Shown: piece after piece, positions 39,525 to 45,408 of the stretch
Numbering within the stretch: position 1 is the first letter of the stretch
Layout: the number at the start of each line of letters is the position of its first letter
Assembly (NCBI GenBank): GCA_043758435.1
Contig: JAYVNN010000110.1
Coordinates: 1-45,408, forward strand
Direction of reading: 5' to 3'
Length of the DNA stretch: 45,408 nucleotides
DNA from: Chthoniobacter sp.
Lineage (GTDB): Bacteria > Verrucomicrobiota > Verrucomicrobiia > Chthoniobacterales > Chthoniobacteraceae
Program-made: the position numbers and the translations under genes
Notes under the pieces: model-generated
Database searches by the model: none
Told to the model about the DNA's origin: nothing
What the model saw: the letters and a program-made list of their open reading frames with translations, nothing else

Positions 39525-40997
39525 ATGAAAACACCCTCCACCCTCCTCGCCACCTGCTGCCTCGCCGGTGTCTCTTTTGCCGGGCCGGCCACACCGTCTG
39601 CGCCCCTGCCGCCCGCACCCGCCGCCAATCCACTGAGCTTTTTCGACGGCAAAGTAACCTTCGATGTGCAGGATCGCGTCCGCTGGGAAATCCGCGAGAA
39701 TAACTTCGACTTCAACGACAGCGTCCGCTCGCTGACGGACGATAACTGGCTGCTCAACCGCTTCCGCCTCGGCGTCACGCTGAAGCCCGCAGCATGGCTG
39801 AAAGTGTATGCACAGACCCAGGACTCCCGCGAGTACCTGTCCGACCGGCCCGACTTTCCCGGACAACTCGGCGCGGAGGGCGACGATGCCTTTGACCTCC
39901 GCCAGGGTTACGTTGAAATCTCGAACTACGACAAATGCCCGTGGGGTCTGAAAATCGGGCGGCAAATCCTGGCCTACGGTGACGAGCGCCTCGTCGGATC
40001 CTTCGATTGGAACAACATCGGACGCACCTTTGATGCCGTGAAACTCCGCTACCAGCAGAAGCTCTGGTCCGTCGAAGCCTTCGCCTCCACCGTCCCCGTC
40101 ATCACCCGCGGCAAATACAACCAGTCCGACCTTTTCAACGGCACTGAGACCCATCGCGAGCAGATCCTCAGTGGCCTCTACCTCAGCACCACTGCGGTGA
40201 GCATCCAGACCACCGACGTTTACGCCTTTCACCTGCACGAAAATAACAACGCTCTCTACCTGCCCGCGGTCCGCGGCGACACGAACTTTTTCACCTTCGG
40301 CGTCCGCGTGAAATCAAAGCCCGGCGTCTTTCACCACGAGCCTGCTCCGGCGGGCGATGGCAAAGCGGTCGCCGACGGCAAATCCACGCCGCCTCCGCCG
40401 GCCTCGGCACCCAAAATTCTCGGCCTCGACTACAATGCCGAACTCGCGTTCCAGACCGGCAAAGTCCGCGGCCTGGACCTCACCGCCTTCGCCGTTCACG
40501 GCGACGCCGGCTACACTTTTGACCTGCCGTGGACGCCCCGGCTCGGCGCAGAATACAACTTCGCCTCCGGCGACGAAGACCCCGCCGACGGCGACATCCA
40601 GACCTTCCAGAACCTCTTTCCCACCAACCACGCCCGTTACAGTTTCATCGACGCCTTTTCCTGGCAAAACCTGCACAATCCCGCGATCAACCTGAAGGCC
40701 GCGCCCTGCAAAAAGCTCACCGTGCAGGCTGACTACCGCCTCTTCTGGCTCGCGAGCAACGAAGACGTGTGGTACCGCGCCAACGGCTCCACCGCCGTCC
40801 GCCCGCTCACTCCGCTCGCCCGCAATGCGGACAAGTTCGCGGGTGCGGAGTTCGACTTCATCGTCACTTGGAAACCCTACAAGCAGCTCGCCGTCCAAGG
40901 GGGATACGGCCACTTCTTCGCCGGCGACTACCTCATGGACACCGGGGCGCACGACGACGCGGACTTTGGCTACATGCAGGCGACGATCGAGTTCTAG
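39525..40997 (+). CDS. Alginate export (AlgE-like) outer-membrane beta-barrel protein
   Basis: Signal peptide, R.R.E.REN, DLRQGY, GRQ.L.YGDERLVG..DW.N.GR.FDA, ASGD, TF.NLFPTNH, C-terminal aromatic F. Confidence 0.85.
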   Translation: MKTPSTLLATCCLAGVSFAGPATPSAPLPPAPAANPLSFFDGKVTFDVQDRVRWEIRENNFDFNDSVRSLTDDNWLLNRFRLGVTLKPAAWLKVYAQTQDSREYLSDRPDFPGQLGAEGDDAFDLRQGYVEISNYDKCPWGLKIGRQILAYGDERLVGSFDWNNIGRTFDAVKLRYQQKLWSVEAFASTVPVITRGKYNQSDLFNGTETHREQILSGLYLSTTAVSIQTTDVYAFHLHENNNALYLPAVRGDTNFFTFGVRVKSKPGVFHHEPAPAGDGKAVADGKSTPPPPASAPKILGLDYNAELAFQTGKVRGLDLTAFAVHGDAGYTFDLPWTPRLGAEYNFASGDEDPADGDIQTFQNLFPTNHARYSFIDAFSWQNLHNPAINLKAAPCKKLTVQADYRLFWLASNEDVWYRANGSTAVRPLTPLARNADKFAGAEFDFIVTWKPYKQLAVQGGYGHFFAGDYLMDTGAHDDADFGYMQATIEF

Positions 40998-41012
40998 AAA
41001 AACTCCCGCCGG

Positions 41013-41033
41013 AAAAGGCCGCGGCCTTTTTTT
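41013..41033. terminator. Putative bidirectional intrinsic terminator
   Basis: aaaaggc-cgcg-gcctttt followed by more T, between convergent genes. The stem is short. Confidence 0.5.
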
Positions 41034-41628
41034 ACCAAGGCGCGAGCGCGTCCGCCCCGGACGGCACAGGCTGGCCCTCGCGGCGCGCTTGCACGTTGAG
41101 GCAGGCGGTGAAAAGCAGCGTGAAGAAAAGATCGCCGAAAAGCGTGTGGCGGTAGAACCACCAGGTCGGCGGATAGTCGTGACCGACGATGCCGATGGTC
41201 AGTGCCTGGAGCCAGCCGGCGAAGGTCTTGGCGTAGGCGGGTTCATACAGCCACGAGCCGGTATTGGAGATGACGTAAAAAATCAGCGAGCCCGCACAAC
41301 TCGCGGCGAGCAGGGTGCCGATGCGCGCATGGCCGCGAAGGGAAAAGCCCAGCGCCGCGATGATGGCGAGCGCGAGATAACGCGGGAGCATTTCCACGGT
41401 CAGCACGGGCTGATGATAGACGAAAAAATTCAGGATGACGTCGCTGATGAAAAGCATGGCGAGCGGCAGCGGGAAGGCGAAACGGCGCGGGAGATAGGCG
41501 GCACCGCAGAGGGCCACGGCGGCGATCGGGGCGACATTATGCATCCAGGAAAAATCCCCGCTTCCGGCAAAACCGGACACGACGCGGTACAGAACGACGA
41601 CGAACAAAAGCAAAAATGCGGCGGGCAT
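41032..41628 (-). CDS. DUF6580-like putative transporter (ECF S-component-like, ~6 TM)
   Basis: N.APIAA.AL.GAAY, LPL.MLFISD, S.IFY.ISN...W, Y..T.AG, F...L.GDL.F. Small, highly hydrophobic protein. Confidence 0.75.
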   Translation of the reverse strand: MPAAFLLLFVVVLYRVVSGFAGSGDFSWMHNVAPIAAVALCGAAYLPRRFAFPLPLAMLFISDVILNFFVYHQPVLTVEMLPRYLALAIIAALGFSLRGHARIGTLLAASCAGSLIFYVISNTGSWLYEPAYAKTFAGWLQALTIGIVGHDYPPTWWFYRHTLFGDLFFTLLFTACLNVQARREGQPVPSGADALAPW

Positions 41629-41769
41629 GCGCAGCAACCTGCCCCGCTTCGCGCACATGGGCAATGCGGAAAATTCGACGTGAAATTTTTTTCTGCGCCG
41701 GCGGATTTGTGCTTGCCGGACGGCCCGCGCACACGAAAAGTCGGGCTAGTTCTTTGCGAGTTTTAAGTC

Positions 41770-41940
41770 AGTGGACCGCAGGCAGGAATTCCGTGAAAAC
41801 CGGAAGCAGTTGCGCTGCTGTAACTGGATACGACTCCCCATTGCGCCAGTCTCCCGATCAACCGGAGACCAAGGCGGGGAGAAGGCTGGCGGGCGAAAGC
41901 CCGCCGAGAATCCAGGAGCCAGAATACTCCTCCGGTCCGC
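41770..41940 (+). ncRNA. Cobalamin riboswitch (variant)
   Basis: AGGAA-TTCCG-TGAAAA-CCGGAA-GCAG-ttgcg-CTGC-TGTAA core, GCCA..GGAGAAGG, and a B12-box-like GAGCCAGAATAC. Closing helices: ggaccgcagg with cctccggtcc, and ctggat with atccag. Confidence 0.8.
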
Positions 41941-42043
41941 TCTCATTCGTGCCGCCGCCAGTGCGGCGGCGCGGCAAAACTTCTTCGCAAAAAAGAAGCA
42001 ATGAGGGATCAGTCCGCTCGCCGCGGCGCTCTCGCGCCGTGTC

Positions 42044-42084
42044 GTGTCCTGGTTTCTCACCCACCCAAAAAAAGAAACCAGCAC
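42044..42084 (+). promoter_or_regulatory. Stem-loop covering the translation initiation region (riboswitch expression platform)
   Basis: ctggtttct (42049-42057) pairs with agaaaccag (42073-42081), plus gtg with cac, directly before ATG 42085. Confidence 0.55.
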
Positions 42085-43092
42085 ATGAAAAAAATCATCA
42101 TCACCTCCGCGGCTTTCCTCGCCGCTTCGTCCGCGCTTTTTGCGCAAACGCTGAACATCACCGCGCCCGGCTACTCCGGCGGCAAACTCTTCGACGCCAC
42201 GCCCGGCTTCGTCATCGAGGGGCTCGCCGCGGCCCCCGGCGGCGACGTGTATTATTTGGAGCGCGACAGCACGTTCGCCACTTCCACAAAACTCTACCGG
42301 CGCTCCGCCCTCGACAGCTACACCGCCGCCACGCCGCTCTTCGACTTCCTCTCCTCGCCCTACGGCTCCTTCGCCCTGTGGGAAAATGGCCGCGTCTTTT
42401 TCGGCGAAAACTCCACCGGCGTGGTGCGCGTGCTCAACCCCAACCTGACCACCGATGTCCTCGGCACGGTCGCCTACAATTATGACGCCGCCTTCGCCAG
42501 CGGCAGTCTTTTCCTCAGCCACAATCCCGGCGGGCAGAATTCCCCGCAAAACAAAGTCTCGCGCTACGACCTCCTCCCCGACGGCAGCGGCGGGCTCATG
42601 CTCAGCGCGGAGGATCTCATCATCGACACGCCGAACGATTACTCCGCGCCGTTCGAGATCAACGCCGCGGGCGAGTTGCTCTACGGCGGCACCTTTGCCC
42701 GTCCCGGCGTCTTCCGTTTTTCCGCCGCCGAAGTCGCCTCCGCCACCGGGCCGGGCACCCCCCTCGCGCTCGATCCCGCCCACCGCATTTTCATCGGCGT
42801 GACCAGCGGAGCCCTCGCCTTGGGCGGCCCCGCGCAGCTTTGGCAGTCGGACTTTGGCTCGCTCAATCTGCTCGACCTCGGCGCGCTCACCAGCACGCCC
42901 GTCGCCGACAATGCGGACTACGGCATCGGCCAGCTCGACTCCGCCGACGGCCGCCTGCTCGTCGCCGTGACCAACGGCTCCTACGACCACTCCGCCGTTT
43001 TCCTGATCGTGCCCGAGCCTTCCGCCGCCGCGCTGCTGCTCACGCTCGGCCTGGCGGCATTGACGCCGCGCCGCCGCCGACGCAAAGATTAA
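42085..43092 (+). CDS. PEP-CTERM sorting domain surface protein (beta-propeller-like)
   Basis: Signal peptide MKKIIITSAAFLAASSALFA. C-terminal VPEPSAAALLLTLGLAALTPRRRRRKD. Confidence 0.92.
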   Translation: MKKIIITSAAFLAASSALFAQTLNITAPGYSGGKLFDATPGFVIEGLAAAPGGDVYYLERDSTFATSTKLYRRSALDSYTAATPLFDFLSSPYGSFALWENGRVFFGENSTGVVRVLNPNLTTDVLGTVAYNYDAAFASGSLFLSHNPGGQNSPQNKVSRYDLLPDGSGGLMLSAEDLIIDTPNDYSAPFEINAAGELLYGGTFARPGVFRFSAAEVASATGPGTPLALDPAHRIFIGVTSGALALGGPAQLWQSDFGSLNLLDLGALTSTPVADNADYGIGQLDSADGRLLVAVTNGSYDHSAVFLIVPEPSAAALLLTLGLAALTPRRRRRKD

Positions 43093-43095
43093 GGC

Positions 43096-44430
43096 ATGAG
43101 GCTGTTGCATCGCTCCTTGCTGCGCTGTCTGCCGCTGGCCGCGATCTTTTTCCACGGCGGGCTGCTCGCCACGCCGTACTCGCTGGGCTGGAATGATCCC
43201 ACGAATATCTGGGACGCGCCCGTGCCCGGCTTCACCGGGCCGGATGGCGAGGGCAAAGCGCGCCTGCCCGACGGCTTCGGCGGGTTCACCAACGAGCGCA
43301 ATTTCGTCAACCCGATCTTCTTCGGCTGGGCGCGCAGCTGGGCCGGCTACGGGCGTGCCGACGGCCAGGGCGCGTTCAGCGACGCCACGCTCGCGCTCGG
43401 GCCGGTCACGGGCGATGAGTTCGACGTGCTCTCGCTCGGCGACCTCAGCGCCGCGCAGCTCGCCGCCGCCGCGCCCGTGGGAAAAGTCACGCTGCACCTC
43501 ACCGACACGCTGCACCCCGCGCCCATCCGCAATCTGCCCGGCGCGGACTTCGTGGTTTTTGAAAACGGCGTCATCTCCGAGTACGGCACCGGCGGCGCGG
43601 GCGTCGGCGGCGTCTTCGGCGAGCTGGCCTACGTCGAGGTCTCCTCCGACGGCGTGAACTTCGCCCGCTTTCCCAGCGTCTCGCTCACCGCCGCCGCCGT
43701 CCCCAGCTACGGCACGCTCGACCCCACGAAAATCTACAACCTCGCCGGCAAGCATGTGAACGCCGCCGGCCAATGCTGGGGCACGCCCTTCGACCTCGCC
43801 GTGCTCGCGAACCATCCGCTCGTCACCGCCGGCACGCTCGACCTCGCCAACGTCCGCCACATCCGCATCGTGGACATCCCCGGCAACGGCAGTTTTTTCG
43901 ACAGCGCCACACCCACCCCGCACCCGATCTACGATCCGTGGCACACCCAGGGTTCCGGCGGTTTTGATTTGGAAGCCGTGGGCGCCATCTCCGTGGCGAT
44001 GACCTTCGAAGCGTGGCAGGATTTCCACGGCCTCACCGGCTCACAGCGCGGCCCGCAGGCCGATCCCGACGGCGACGGCGTGCCCAATATCATCGAGTGC
44101 GCCTTTGCCATGCAGCCCCTCATCCCGGATGCGGAAAAACTCCCCCTGCCCGCCTCCGCCGGCACCGATTTCGCGATCAGCTTCCGCCGCGACACCCGCG
44201 CCTTGAACCTCACCGTCGAAGTCCTCGCCGCCTCCGCGCTCGACCAGCCCTGGCAGATCATCGCCCGCTCCACCGCCGGCGGCCCGCTCCTCGCCGTCGG
44301 CTCATTTTCGCCCGTCATCGAGGACTCCTCCGACAGCCCCATCGCCAGCATCGGCGTCATCCGCCGCGAGCGCGTCCACGCGATTGCGGGCAAAAAATTC
44401 CTCAAAATCGCCGTGACCGTCGCGCCATGA
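43096..44430 (+). CDS. Secreted cell-surface protein with verrucomicrobial DPDGDG C-terminal domain
   Basis: Signal peptide. SLGD, I.N.PG.DF.VFEN, ELAYVEVSSDG, NLAGK, GTPFDL, GFDLEAVG domain. C-terminal ADPDGDGVPNIIE.AF...P ... KFLKIAV. Confidence 0.82.
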   Translation: MRLLHRSLLRCLPLAAIFFHGGLLATPYSLGWNDPTNIWDAPVPGFTGPDGEGKARLPDGFGGFTNERNFVNPIFFGWARSWAGYGRADGQGAFSDATLALGPVTGDEFDVLSLGDLSAAQLAAAAPVGKVTLHLTDTLHPAPIRNLPGADFVVFENGVISEYGTGGAGVGGVFGELAYVEVSSDGVNFARFPSVSLTAAAVPSYGTLDPTKIYNLAGKHVNAAGQCWGTPFDLAVLANHPLVTAGTLDLANVRHIRIVDIPGNGSFFDSATPTPHPIYDPWHTQGSGGFDLEAVGAISVAMTFEAWQDFHGLTGSQRGPQADPDGDGVPNIIECAFAMQPLIPDAEKLPLPASAGTDFAISFRRDTRALNLTVEVLAASALDQPWQIIARSTAGGPLLAVGSFSPVIEDSSDSPIASIGVIRRERVHAIAGKKFLKIAVTVAP

Positions 44431-45221
44431 AACGGCCGCCGCTGACCACCCGCGCCTTCACCCTGCTCGAGCTCCTCGTCGTCATCGTCATCATCGCCAT
44501 CCTCGCCGCGCTCGTGATGCCCGCCTTTCGCAGCGCGAAACTCCAGTCCTACTCCATCCGCAGCAGCCAGAACCTCCGCCAGCTCGTCGCCGCCAACATC
44601 GCCTACGCCGCCGACCAGGGCTTCTACGCCCCCGCCGACAACAAGCAGAACAACCGCCGCTGGCACGGCGCCCGCACCTCCGCCAGCGCGCCGTTCGATC
44701 CGACGAAAGGTTTCCTCTCCGACTACTTCGGCAAATCCCCCGACATCCTCCGCTGCCCCCTTTTCACCCAAATCCTCGCCGGACAAAACAGCTTTGAAAC
44801 CGGAGCCGGCGGCTACGGCTACAACTCCGCCTACATCGGCGGCCGCCCCGGCGGCGCGTGGAACTCCGACGGCACCCGCGTCTCCGCCCGCCCTTCGCAA
44901 ATCCCCCACCCCGCCGTCACCATCATGTTCGGCACCAGCGCCTTTGCCGTCGCCGCCGGCGTGCAGGAATACGCCGCCGTCGAGCCCCCGTTCTGGGACT
45001 TCGGCACCGGCCCCTCCGGCAGCCGCCCCTCCCCCAGCCTCCACTTCCGCTTTCAGGGCAAAGCCATCGTCGCCTGGTGCGACGGCCACATCAGCATGGA
45101 AAGCCCCGCCCCCCGCGACGCCGGCAGCAACCCCTACGGCGGCGACGCCGACGCCGCCCACCTCGGCTGGTTCGGCCCCGACGAGGGGAATGGCTACTGG
45201 AACCCCGACCGCGAGCCGTGA
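44427..45221 (+). CDS. Prepilin-type N-terminal cleavage/methylation protein, H-X9-DG-like
   Basis: A^FTLLELLVVIVIIAILAALVMP, NLRQL, LRCP, GGYGYN, HFRFQGKAIVAWCDGH. ATGA coupling to the upstream gene. Confidence 0.9.
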   Translation: MKRPPLTTRAFTLLELLVVIVIIAILAALVMPAFRSAKLQSYSIRSSQNLRQLVAANIAYAADQGFYAPADNKQNNRRWHGARTSASAPFDPTKGFLSDYFGKSPDILRCPLFTQILAGQNSFETGAGGYGYNSAYIGGRPGGAWNSDGTRVSARPSQIPHPAVTIMFGTSAFAVAAGVQEYAAVEPPFWDFGTGPSGSRPSPSLHFRFQGKAIVAWCDGHISMESPAPRDAGSNPYGGDADAAHLGWFGPDEGNGYWNPDREP

Positions 45222-45408
45222 GCCGCTCCGCGCGGCGCACCGCCCCACGCCCGCACCGTTCCGCCGCCCATCTCTGCCCTCCGCGAAAGCGCCCCTCTTC
45301 TTCCCCCAGCCATCCGCCCAGCGCGCGGCTCCTACCGTGGCCTTGCGCCAAATATCCCGCGGATTGGCGACCCCCGGCGGCACGTTACGGCGGCAATCCC
45401 CCGCGCTC

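Overview
High-GC bacterial window, most likely Verrucomicrobiota (Chthoniobacter-like). This is inferred from a PEP-CTERM protein, three prepilin/H-X9-DG proteins and a DPDGDG-type C-terminal domain. The left half is mostly housekeeping and envelope genes: three GT4 glycosyltransferases, amtB, a glcD-like oxidase, fabV, a YheT-like hydrolase, a large Ala/Gln coiled-coil protein, a LolC/E permease, rdgB, leuS and a STAS protein. It also holds an ~816-codon secreted-protein gene split by a single in-frame TAA. Bases 24129-36743 form a 13-gene ArsM/ArsS (arsenosugar, 'rSAM/selenodomain') cluster in two convergent operons, with an extra uncharacterised radical SAM enzyme, next to tRNA-Thr(TGT). 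The right end has a haloperoxidase/PAP2-family gene with a porin. It also has a variant cobalamin riboswitch ahead of a PEP-CTERM protein, a surface protein and a pilin-like protein, with a divergent S-component-like membrane protein. This is a candidate non-canonical B12 capture system. Two palindromic REP-like families and several apparently leaderless promoters were also seen. All family assignments come from motif recognition by eye; no database searches were run.
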